Virus record (IMG/VR): IMGVR_UViG_3300028393_000024
Reading direction: 5' to 3' (one strand)
Origin: an uncultured virus (IMG/VR IMGVR_UViG_3300028393_000024)
Taxonomy: Duplodnaviria > Heunggongvirae > Uroviricota > Caudoviricetes
DNA: 64,000 bases
Shown here: piece after piece, positions 48,664-57,086 of the stretch
Position numbering within the stretch: position 1 is the stretch's first letter
Layout: each line of letters opens with the position of its first letter
Notes under the pieces: model-generated
What the model was told of the DNA's origin: nothing
Seen by the model: the letters and a program-made list of their open reading frames with translations, nothing else
The model's database searches: none
Position numbers and translations under genes: made by a program

Positions 48664-49977
48664 ATGGCATCTATTGTTGGAAGTTCCACCTACGGAGAAG
48701 GACACAAGGTTGTTCTTAAAGACAGCACACAAATTAAAGCTGCTGCTCTAGTTGCGCAATTGACTAAGGCTGGGTACAAACTCAACGAGTCAATCTTCTC
48801 AATTACCAAAAGTAAAACCAAACCAGACAAAGAAATTTCTGTCACAACAACTGGAAAAGATAAACTGTTTCTTAAAGATGATAAGAGTAAAATAGTTTTA
48901 TTCACTGGTTCTGCTGGCGCAATCAATAATCTATTCAATCATTTCACCGCAAATGCCAAGGCAGACACAAGACAACTAACTGAGATTAAAGAGAAAGTTA
49001 GTATGTGGTTGTTTGAATCTGTAATTGAAAAGGGAATATATCTAAAAGAAGATGCTATTCTTGCGAAGTTAACTGTTGGTGAGAAGAAACTGTATGATCA
49101 TACTTACTATGAGTCTGCAGTTAAACAAGCAAAAGTATTGAAGCCGATGGTAAAGGGTAATGGATTCTACTACGAACGACAGGCAGAAAATCTAACTGCC
49201 AAGCTGTATGAAGTTGGTAGAAAGTTATCTAAAAAGGCAAATGACAACTGGAATCCTGCCGATGTTTGGATGATCAAGAAAACATTCGACATGAAGAAGT
49301 TTACTGAAGCCACAACTATCACTGAATTAAATGAATCAATCGGTGCAGCGTATAAGAAAGGTTTGGTATACCCAATCTCTCTGAAGCAAGTTACAACTGA
49401 CAAGGGAAAGTTCTCTGTTATTGATGTAAATACAATGCTCTCCCAACCATTGCAATATGATGTTTCCTTTGAGAAGGTAGACTTGTCTGATACCTTTGCC
49501 AATTTTATTCTGCAGACTAAATCAGGGTTCGCAATCCGAGCAGGATTTAAAGCATCTGCCACCACATTAAATGTTTCCCTAGAAGGTAGATTTGTCGGCG
49601 CAGGTTACCAATTGGGTGCCATTGATGCCAGTACTTTCCCTGTCCATATGACAACTAAGTATTCCTACACTGTTCGTGGGAGTAAAGAAGTGGCCAAGGC
49701 TGACCATGATATTGCCAAGAAAGAACTAAAGAAGATTATCGAAAGATATGGAAGATTCTCCAATACAATGACAGATTTTAAGGCAGTGGAAAAACAATAT
49801 AATAGTGGAAATAAATTGACCAAAGATAGATTCGCTAATTTAATTTCCTATATGTATGCTCTAATGGTCGCTCCAAAAACACCAAAAGAATTTAAAGAAT
49901 TAATGACCTACTGTTATTATTCTTCTAAAAAGTTGGTTGCAGACGCTAGTATGTACGTTATTATAGAAAATGGATAA
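48664..49977 (+). CDS. putative PD-(D/E)xK endonuclease
   Basis: E...DNWNPADVW...PISLKQ catalytic-like motifs. Confidence 0.55.
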   Translation: MASIVGSSTYGEGHKVVLKDSTQIKAAALVAQLTKAGYKLNESIFSITKSKTKPDKEISVTTTGKDKLFLKDDKSKIVLFTGSAGAINNLFNHFTANAKADTRQLTEIKEKVSMWLFESVIEKGIYLKEDAILAKLTVGEKKLYDHTYYESAVKQAKVLKPMVKGNGFYYERQAENLTAKLYEVGRKLSKKANDNWNPADVWMIKKTFDMKKFTEATTITELNESIGAAYKKGLVYPISLKQVTTDKGKFSVIDVNTMLSQPLQYDVSFEKVDLSDTFANFILQTKSGFAIRAGFKASATTLNVSLEGRFVGAGYQLGAIDASTFPVHMTTKYSYTVRGSKEVAKADHDIAKKELKKIIERYGRFSNTMTDFKAVEKQYNSGNKLTKDRFANLISYMYALMVAPKTPKEFKELMTYCYYSSKKLVADASMYVIIENG

Positions 49978-49998
49978 CCCTACCAGTCGTAGGGTTAT
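49974..49998. promoter_or_regulatory. palindromic element, copy 3 (perfect ATAACCCTAC-CAGTC-GTAGGGTTAT)
   Basis: 10-bp perfect inverted repeat ending 3 nt before a -35 box. Confidence 0.75.
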
Positions 49999-50001
49999 TA
50001 C

Positions 50002-50037
50002 TTGACATATATTTGCAAATCAGGTATAATATAAATA
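50002..50037 (+). promoter_or_regulatory. dual promoter: sigma70 consensus plus T4 late TATAAATA
   Basis: TTGACA-17-TATAAT (50002-50030) overlapping TATAAATA (50030-50037). Confidence 0.75.
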
Positions 50038-50057
50038 TAAGAATAAGAGGGTATCCA

Positions 50058-51278
50058 ATGAAATCGTTCCAAACATTCCTGAAAGAAGAAGCCGAAGAAG
50101 GCTCTAAACTCAAACATATTACTCATCCAGAGGATCGTCCACTGTTCCATGGTCATGAGGGTTTCGAACATGCTCATGGCGCACTGACTCATGCTCATGA
50201 GCATATGAAGTCTGGAGCAAGCAATAGCAATCTGACTACAAAGTATGATGGTTCCCCAGCTGTTGTTTTTGGTACTCACCCAAAGACTAAAAAGTTTTTC
50301 GTGGCTACCAAGTCTGCGTTCAACAAAGATCCAAAAATTAATCACACTGCAGCAGATATTGAAAAGAACCATGGTCATGCTCCAGGATTGGTTACTCATC
50401 TTAAGGCTGCTCTTGAGCATCTACCAAAAGTTACACCAAAGGGTAAAGTATATCAAGGTGACTTGATGCACTCTGGTGGTGACAAAGGAACTGTTTCTCA
50501 TGATAAGAAAACAGGCAAGTCTTCTTTTACTCCAAATACAATTACCTATACAGCCAGTGGCGACGAAGCCAAGAAAGCTGCCAAATCTAAAGTTGGTATC
50601 GCTGTTCATACTCAATATCATGGTAAAGATATTGGTTCAATGTCTGCTCATCATGAAGTTAATCATAGTGAGTTCGGTCAACACCCTGATGTTCACCACC
50701 ATGATGCCAGTTTCAATACATCGACTGCTAAATATCCACAAAAGTCACAAGACGAATTTCATAAACACATGAATGCTGCTAAAGCAATTCATGATGAACA
50801 TGGTTCAAAAATGTATAGTGCTGTTCACCCTAAACACTCTGGTGATACAGGTCATCTAGGAACATATATTAATCACACTGTTAGGAATGACACTGTTCCA
50901 AATGTAAAAGATTTCAAGGCACATGTCCAAGGAATTCATGACAAGAAAGCTGCCAAAGTTTCAACCGATAAAGCAAAGGCTGTTCACACTGGTGAAGGTA
51001 ATGCTCAAGTTGCCCATATCGAAAAGAACAAGGGACATTACGAGAACTTGTTAAATCAACACCACCACTTGGCTCAAGCAAAGAACACTCTAGTTAAACA
51101 TCTAGAGACTGGTCACAGTGGATATGAACATCATATCGAAGGTAAAGAATCTAAGCCAGAAGGATTCGTGATTAATCATGAACACAATGGTAAGACTGAA
51201 CCATCTAAATTAGTTAATCGTGCAGAGTTTGCCAAGCAGAATTTGCTTAAGACTCGCAAACCTAAAACAGAGGAATAA
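50058..51278 (+). CDS. His-rich ligase/nucleotidyltransferase-fold protein (DUF6267-like) with capsid-targeting-like N-terminus
   Basis: MKSFQTFLKEE; KYDG (motif I), QGDL, EGFV, KLV; about 48 His in 406 aa. Confidence 0.6.
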   Translation: MKSFQTFLKEEAEEGSKLKHITHPEDRPLFHGHEGFEHAHGALTHAHEHMKSGASNSNLTTKYDGSPAVVFGTHPKTKKFFVATKSAFNKDPKINHTAADIEKNHGHAPGLVTHLKAALEHLPKVTPKGKVYQGDLMHSGGDKGTVSHDKKTGKSSFTPNTITYTASGDEAKKAAKSKVGIAVHTQYHGKDIGSMSAHHEVNHSEFGQHPDVHHHDASFNTSTAKYPQKSQDEFHKHMNAAKAIHDEHGSKMYSAVHPKHSGDTGHLGTYINHTVRNDTVPNVKDFKAHVQGIHDKKAAKVSTDKAKAVHTGEGNAQVAHIEKNKGHYENLLNQHHHLAQAKNTLVKHLETGHSGYEHHIEGKESKPEGFVINHEHNGKTEPSKLVNRAEFAKQNLLKTRKPKTEE

Positions 51279-51279
51279 T

Positions 51280-51459
51280 ATGTCAGACCTAATCGCAGCA
51301 GCATTGAAAGAACTAGAGAAGTACGCAGTACAACATCCTGAAGAAGCGAAACAAGCTGCTTCAGATAATGCTTTAGAAAAAACTGAACTTGTAGAAACAA
51401 ATGTTCAGTTGTGGAAAGAAGAATCAAATCCAAAAAGATTAACAATCATTGAGGAATAA
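51280..51459 (+). CDS. small hypothetical protein
   Basis: SD GAGGA; 59 aa. Confidence 0.55.
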   Translation: MSDLIAAALKELEKYAVQHPEEAKQAASDNALEKTELVETNVQLWKEESNPKRLTIIEE

Positions 51460-51460
51460 T

Positions 51461-51880
51461 ATGTTATCGTTCAAAACATATCTAGAAGAAGGTGAACGTG
51501 GATTGTGGGATAACATTCACGCTAAACAAAAACGTATTAAAAATGGTTCTGGCGAAAAGATGCGTAAACCAGGTAGCAAAGGTGCTCCATCTGCTGCTGA
51601 CTTCAAGGCATCTCAAACTAATGAAGCAGCAGTAGATGCTAAGGGTTATAAATCTTCTACTGGTGGTCTAACGCAAAAAGGTCGCGACCACTATAATGCT
51701 CAGGGTGGTCATCTAAAAGCACCAGTAACAACTCCACCTTCAGAATTAAAGGCTGGAAGCAAAGCAGCAAATCGTCGTAAGTCTTTCTGTGCTCGTATGG
51801 GTGGTGTCGAAGGTCCAATGAAGAAACCAAATGGTGAGCCAACTCGTAAAGCACTGGCTCTAAGAAAGTGGAATTGCTAA
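51461..51880 (+). CDS. basic hypothetical protein, probable internal head protein
   Basis: MLSFKTYLEE; GLWDNIHAK..., RRKSFCARM...LRKWNC modules. Confidence 0.6.
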   Translation: MLSFKTYLEEGERGLWDNIHAKQKRIKNGSGEKMRKPGSKGAPSAADFKASQTNEAAVDAKGYKSSTGGLTQKGRDHYNAQGGHLKAPVTTPPSELKAGSKAANRRKSFCARMGGVEGPMKKPNGEPTRKALALRKWNC

Positions 51881-52512
51881 TGTTATCTTTCAAGAACTTT
51901 ATTAAAGAAGCCAACGATGGTTCAGTAACTAAACAATCAGCACACCATGTTATGGCATTTGGTCGTATGAATCCAATTACTCATGGTCATCAGGCAGTAG
52001 TTAATAAAGTTCATGAAGTTGCTAAGACGCATGGTGCCAGTCACAATGTTGTAGTTTCTCACAGCCAAGACGCTAAAAAGAACCCATTGACTGCTGCCCA
52101 GAAAGTTAAGCATGCCAACAATGCATTCAAAGGAACTAAGATTACAGCTGCCAGCAAAGAAGCACCTACTATTCTACACCATGCTGCTCAAGCACACGCT
52201 GCTGGCGCAGAACACCTTCATGTAGTTGCTGGCTCTGATCGCCATGAAGAAATGCATAATCTCCTACACAAATACAATGGTCAAAAATCTGCCCATGGTC
52301 ACTATAACTTCAAGTCTATAACTGTTCATTCCTCTGGCGAACGTGATCCAGATTCAGAAGGAACAAGTGGTATCTCTGCCAGTAAAATGCGAGAACACGC
52401 TGCCGCTGGAGATAAGAAATCTTTTCATGCTGGTGCACCAACAGGTATGACACCGAAACATAAAGATGCTATGTATAATGATGTTCGTAAAGGTATGGGG
52501 CATAAAGATTAA
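51880..52512 (+). CDS. His-rich HxGH nucleotidyltransferase (cytidylyltransferase-like)
   Basis: MLSFKNFIKE; FGRMNPITHGH, KNPL, VAGSDR, RDPD, SASKMR. Confidence 0.75.
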   Translation: MLSFKNFIKEANDGSVTKQSAHHVMAFGRMNPITHGHQAVVNKVHEVAKTHGASHNVVVSHSQDAKKNPLTAAQKVKHANNAFKGTKITAASKEAPTILHHAAQAHAAGAEHLHVVAGSDRHEEMHNLLHKYNGQKSAHGHYNFKSITVHSSGERDPDSEGTSGISASKMREHAAAGDKKSFHAGAPTGMTPKHKDAMYNDVRKGMGHKD

Positions 52513-52516
52513 AAGA

Positions 52517-52524
52517 CCTAAATA
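52517..52524 (+). promoter_or_regulatory. T4-late-like promoter CCTAAATA
   Basis: Intergenic. Confidence 0.55.
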
Positions 52525-52557
52525 ATACTAGTAATATTATTTTATAGATGGAAAAAG

Positions 52558-54789
52558 ATGAAAAACTTTAAGCAATTAATCAGAGAATTACCTTCAAATA
52601 AAGTCGTTGCAGCTTTTGGGCAGTTCCAACCACCTACAGCTGGTCACGAACATTTGGTTAAAGCAGTTCAGTCTATCGCCAACAACGGCGATCATGTTAT
52701 CTATGCTTCTGCAAACGAAGACAAGAAACTAAACCCACTCCCAGCAGATAGAAAAGTGTACTTCCTACAGCGTATGTTCTCTGAAGGAAACTTCAAGTCA
52801 TCTGAAGAAATTACATCTATTGTAGAGATGGCATCTGAATTAAGCAAGAAGTATAAGCATCTTACTGTTGTTACCTTTGCCGATAAAGTCGGTGAGTATG
52901 AGCAACAGTTAAAAGAACACAATGGAACAATGTATCAGTTCGATAGCATTAAGGTTATCTCTGCTGGTGATATAGATCCAGATAGTAATTCAGTTTCCGT
53001 AGTTTCAAATGTCAAGATGTGTGAGTCTGCCAAAACAGGTGACTTTATACAGTTTAAAAAGGGTGTTCCACATACACTCACAGAATTAGACTCTCGTCGT
53101 TTAATGAATGATCTACGTAAGGGAATGGGACTTGATCCTATTCGCGAGAATGTTATCTTTGAACGCACAAAGATTCGTGAACAATATGTCGCTGGTAAAA
53201 TCTTTAATATCGGCGACAGAGTTAAAGATGAAGATGGTGTTTATGAAATTATGGATCGTGGTGCCAACTACATCACTGTGGTGAATGAGTCAGGCAACTT
53301 GATGAAAAAGTGGATCGACAAAGTATCCCCATCAAGAAAAAAGATTGAAGAAAATCTTGACACAAATCCAAACGAAATCTGTTTTAAAAACTACACAACT
53401 GCCAATTTTAATAAAGACCCAAGAGTTTTCCACGCATTCAAAGGAACTATCTCTAAGTGGGAACAAGGTGGTATTGAAGATGGTGTCGCTGTTTTAAATG
53501 CAATCAAGCACACTGATTCTTACATGTCTATGGTAGATGGTAAGGATAGGACTTCTGAAGAAAATAAAGCAAAGCAAGCATTGGCTCGTTGTGGCGAATA
53601 TCAATCTCACAACTATTGGGATGATCATAAAGCAATTACTACCGATGATGTTATGGCAAAACATAATGCTGATTTACAAGACGCAATCTCAAAGGTAAAT
53701 GTAAAAGAAGAATCTGAAGTAATGGATTCTAAAAAACTTGCCATGCGTTACAAAGATTTTATGAAGAAATCTGGATCTAAAGAACCAGCAGTGGAAATTG
53801 CTGAGCCATCTTCAGGTAAACCAATGTCTGTTCTTAAAAATAAAGAAGAGAAATTAAAGACTCAAAATCAAAATAATTTACCAGAAGCAGTTAGCACTGG
53901 ACCAGTTGCAAATGTTGATAAAATTAATCATGCTGGTGATAAACCACATGAAGAAAAGTTTGTAAAGTTCAAAGGTGTAAAACCTAAACAAAAAACAGTT
54001 GAATTGAAACCTACCAATGAAGAAGCTGAACAGATTGACGAATTGTCAACTGATCTTTTAGCCAAGTATAAAACAGCTGCTGGCGCATCGGCAAAGGCAG
54101 CTGACAAAGCTGGCAACTATGTCAAAGGTGATAAGCGTTTTAAGGGTATCAACAAAGCAACTAACAAACAGTTTGATAACGACCTAAAGAAACATGGCCA
54201 ATATGTAAAAGAAGGTCGTGGATTAGCAGACAAATATTATGCGCTTGCTCAAGATCGTAAAGCAACTGCTGATGAGAATAAAGATAATCATGAAACATAT
54301 CATACTCACATGGCAGATCATCATGATCATATGAGTCGTTATCATGAAGAACTTGGTCAGCATCGATCCGCTCAAACCCATGCTGATAAAGCAGATATGC
54401 ATCATGAGAAATCAATGGAGCGTCAAAAAAATAAAACTGCTGTCAAAGAAGATGTCTACAGCTCTGATACTAAAACCAAAAAGGTTCAGGTTCAGGATAA
54501 AGATGGTAACTGGGTATTTAAAGATCGTAAATCTCACCCACATAAAATTAATTTTGGTGCCAGCAGAATGAATGGTAAACCTGATCCTCAAGATCCATCA
54601 AAAATTGACACTGAAACAGCGTATCAAAAGCACTTAGATAAAATGGAAAAGCAAAGAAATGAAGCATGGGTATTGAATCCTGATGGCAAGACTAAAAAGA
54701 AATACAAAGACATTAAAGATAATAAGACTTTGAGTATTTCCAACACAGCACCATTTGATGCTTTCTCTAACACTAATAATCAGTCATAA
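52558..54789 (+). CDS. multidomain protein: degenerate HxGH nucleotidyltransferase plus a modular charged tail
   Basis: MKNFKQLIRE; FGQFQPPTAGH, LNPL, DPDS; REQY..G.IF..GD domain; His-rich helix. Confidence 0.65.
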   Translation: MKNFKQLIRELPSNKVVAAFGQFQPPTAGHEHLVKAVQSIANNGDHVIYASANEDKKLNPLPADRKVYFLQRMFSEGNFKSSEEITSIVEMASELSKKYKHLTVVTFADKVGEYEQQLKEHNGTMYQFDSIKVISAGDIDPDSNSVSVVSNVKMCESAKTGDFIQFKKGVPHTLTELDSRRLMNDLRKGMGLDPIRENVIFERTKIREQYVAGKIFNIGDRVKDEDGVYEIMDRGANYITVVNESGNLMKKWIDKVSPSRKKIEENLDTNPNEICFKNYTTANFNKDPRVFHAFKGTISKWEQGGIEDGVAVLNAIKHTDSYMSMVDGKDRTSEENKAKQALARCGEYQSHNYWDDHKAITTDDVMAKHNADLQDAISKVNVKEESEVMDSKKLAMRYKDFMKKSGSKEPAVEIAEPSSGKPMSVLKNKEEKLKTQNQNNLPEAVSTGPVANVDKINHAGDKPHEEKFVKFKGVKPKQKTVELKPTNEEAEQIDELSTDLLAKYKTAAGASAKAADKAGNYVKGDKRFKGINKATNKQFDNDLKKHGQYVKEGRGLADKYYALAQDRKATADENKDNHETYHTHMADHHDHMSRYHEELGQHRSAQTHADKADMHHEKSMERQKNKTAVKEDVYSSDTKTKKVQVQDKDGNWVFKDRKSHPHKINFGASRMNGKPDPQDPSKIDTETAYQKHLDKMEKQRNEAWVLNPDGKTKKKYKDIKDNKTLSISNTAPFDAFSNTNNQS

Positions 54790-54792
54790 ATA
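54785..54792 (+). promoter_or_regulatory. T4-late-like promoter CATAAATA
   Basis: Ends 5 nt before the dps ATG. Confidence 0.55.
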
Positions 54793-54797
54793 TACCT

Positions 54798-55253
54798 ATG
54801 GAAACTACTTTAATTAGACTAATGCAAACTGTTCTGGCAGACAGTCATGTTTTGTATATCAAATCTCATGGCTACCATTGGAATGTAGAGGGTAAGTTAT
54901 TCCCTATGCTTCATGATTTCTTTGAGAATATCTACACAGAAGTATATGCCAGTCTAGATAGTACTGCCGAGCAGATTCGTCAAATTCAAGGTCGTGCTAT
55001 TCACAGCCTGTTAGAATTAGACAAAGCAAGAACAGTTCCTGATGAAGTTATCACTGTTGGAACAGATAACAATGGTATGTTACAAGACTTGGCTGCTGCC
55101 AATCAGTTAGTTCTTATCTCTTTGATGAGAGCATACGAAGAAGCAGGAACTCAGCAAGAATTCGGTTTACAAAATTATCTACAAGATCGTATGATGGCTC
55201 ACAAGAAACATGCTTGGATGCTTAGATCTACACTAAACAAAGCAGGGGAATAA
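54798..55253 (+). CDS. dps: Dps-family mini-ferritin
   Basis: HGYHWNVEG..F..LH.FFE..Y, D..AEQIR, HKKHAWML. Confidence 0.88.
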   Translation: METTLIRLMQTVLADSHVLYIKSHGYHWNVEGKLFPMLHDFFENIYTEVYASLDSTAEQIRQIQGRAIHSLLELDKARTVPDEVITVGTDNNGMLQDLAAANQLVLISLMRAYEEAGTQQEFGLQNYLQDRMMAHKKHAWMLRSTLNKAGE

Positions 55254-55256
55254 TAG

Positions 55257-57071
55257 ATGGAAAATTTGGATCAAACTTATAAGCGTTTATTGGAAGAAAA
55301 TAAACCAAAAGACAATGTTAAAGAAGAACTAAAAGGTGGTCAGAAGAACCTCGACAAAAACCATAATGGTAAATTAGATGGTCAAGACTTTGTTATTCTT
55401 CGCAACAAAAAGAAAAAAGTTGTGAGCGAAACTGCTGATGAGCCACCATTTGACAAACCTTATACTAAATCTAAAGGTGCTGTTACCAGTAAGTCTGGTA
55501 TGAATCGTGCTCGTGATCTTGCTCGTTCTTCTTTAAATAAAAGTTTGAATAAAACATATGACGCATACAATCCAGAGAAGGATAAGTTGAAGAAACAACA
55601 CTTTGGTATGGCTGAAGAAGTTAAACAGATTGACGAAGCCAATCATCGCGACTATGCCTGTGCCAGCTGTATGCATCCAACTATGGCAAAGAATATGAAG
55701 ACTGGTGAACACATGGATTACTATGAGCCAAAGACTGGCGATAAAGTCCATGGTAAAGTTATGCATAAAAGTGCAACTGAAGTTCACATGAAACAAACTC
55801 ATGACTCTTATGATCCTAAGAAAGCTGGTTCTGTCCATAAGTTTAAAGTAACTGACAAGTTGCCAGAAAAAGTGGATGAAGTATTGAAACCATCTATGGG
55901 AGCAGGTGCTTATATTGATGACTTTATTAAATCTAAGAATCCACAGTTTGCTGGTAAATCTTCAGAGAAGCGTCGTCAAATGGCACTGGCTGCTTACTAT
56001 GCTGCAAAAAAGGGCATGAAAGAAGAAGCCGAACTTGAAGAAGGTCGCCGTGGTCGAGAATCATCAAATTCAATACTTACTCCAACTGAAACTGGTGCTA
56101 AATCCGTAAATAAAGGTACTCCCGAATATGCACAAGAAAAGAAACGCAGGGTGGATCTAGATAATCACTTGAAAAGCACGATTCATAATGATAAGATGTC
56201 ATATCGTAAAACTCAAAAAGAAGAAGCAGAATTAGAAGAAGGTATGTATTCTTCTGATGTTGAAAGAGCATTCCCAAATGGTAAAGCCAGCGGTGTAAAA
56301 ACGCATGCTCCTGTTGCTCCAGTTCCACCGAAAAAGAAAGAACAAATGAAACCAAGAGTTGGTCATCCAACTAATATGAAAGAAGAAGTTGAGCAACTAG
56401 ATGAAAAAATCTATGCTGATGATTATCACTCAACTTCTGAAACATCTCAGTTTGGCGGTCATCGTCCTCATGTTATTGCCAAAGACACTGGTAAAACAAT
56501 GTATCTTGGTCAACATGCATATAAGACACCGAAGCACGCAATTGAACATGCTCAAGCGTATCTAAGCGCATATTCTAAAACAGGCATGCATGGTGCTGAT
56601 CGTGCCAGCACTGCTTATGCAACTGCAAATAAACATAACCACCATATTAATGAAGCCAAAGACCCAAAAGAGTATGATTTGTACTCTGAGATGGATGAAT
56701 CAACTACTGAAACAAATAAATATACTATTGCAGAAGATAATATTGACGAAGCATGGATGCTGCGCCAAAAGAAAAAAGAAAAGAAACCTGTCAAGGAAGA
56801 AAACATGAAATCGTTTAGAGATTTTTTACAAGACATTAATGAAGTAAAAATGGCTGATCTACCTGTTCGTAAAATTCAGGGTCGTTCATATGGTAATCAA
56901 CCAGAAGAAGATGATGAAGAAGATAAGCCAACTCAATCAGCAGAAAAGCGTGGTCGTGGCAGACCTGCTGGTGCTAAATCGGGAGCAAAGCAAATTGGCA
57001 GTGCTTCTAAACAGAAGTCTGGTGTAGAATACACTGGATATAAATTACACTTGCCAAACTCTAACAAATAA
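55257..57071 (+). CDS. modular, polyprotein-like putative internal head protein
   Basis: Recurrent EE..(L/I)(E/D)E linkers; EF-hand-like DKNHNGKLDGQD; AT-hook KRGRGRP. Confidence 0.55.
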   Translation: MENLDQTYKRLLEENKPKDNVKEELKGGQKNLDKNHNGKLDGQDFVILRNKKKKVVSETADEPPFDKPYTKSKGAVTSKSGMNRARDLARSSLNKSLNKTYDAYNPEKDKLKKQHFGMAEEVKQIDEANHRDYACASCMHPTMAKNMKTGEHMDYYEPKTGDKVHGKVMHKSATEVHMKQTHDSYDPKKAGSVHKFKVTDKLPEKVDEVLKPSMGAGAYIDDFIKSKNPQFAGKSSEKRRQMALAAYYAAKKGMKEEAELEEGRRGRESSNSILTPTETGAKSVNKGTPEYAQEKKRRVDLDNHLKSTIHNDKMSYRKTQKEEAELEEGMYSSDVERAFPNGKASGVKTHAPVAPVPPKKKEQMKPRVGHPTNMKEEVEQLDEKIYADDYHSTSETSQFGGHRPHVIAKDTGKTMYLGQHAYKTPKHAIEHAQAYLSAYSKTGMHGADRASTAYATANKHNHHINEAKDPKEYDLYSEMDESTTETNKYTIAEDNIDEAWMLRQKKKEKKPVKEENMKSFRDFLQDINEVKMADLPVRKIQGRSYGNQPEEDDEEDKPTQSAEKRGRGRPAGAKSGAKQIGSASKQKSGVEYTGYKLHLPNSNK

Positions 57072-57086
57072 TTAAGGAGAAATCTC

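Noticed and set aside
50013..50057. Upstream ORF-track starts (also 33068, 34211, 37511, 43428, 48637, 51220, 60283)
   Set aside because: They overlap promoters, hairpins or upstream genes; downstream ATGs fit SD sequences or gene coupling better
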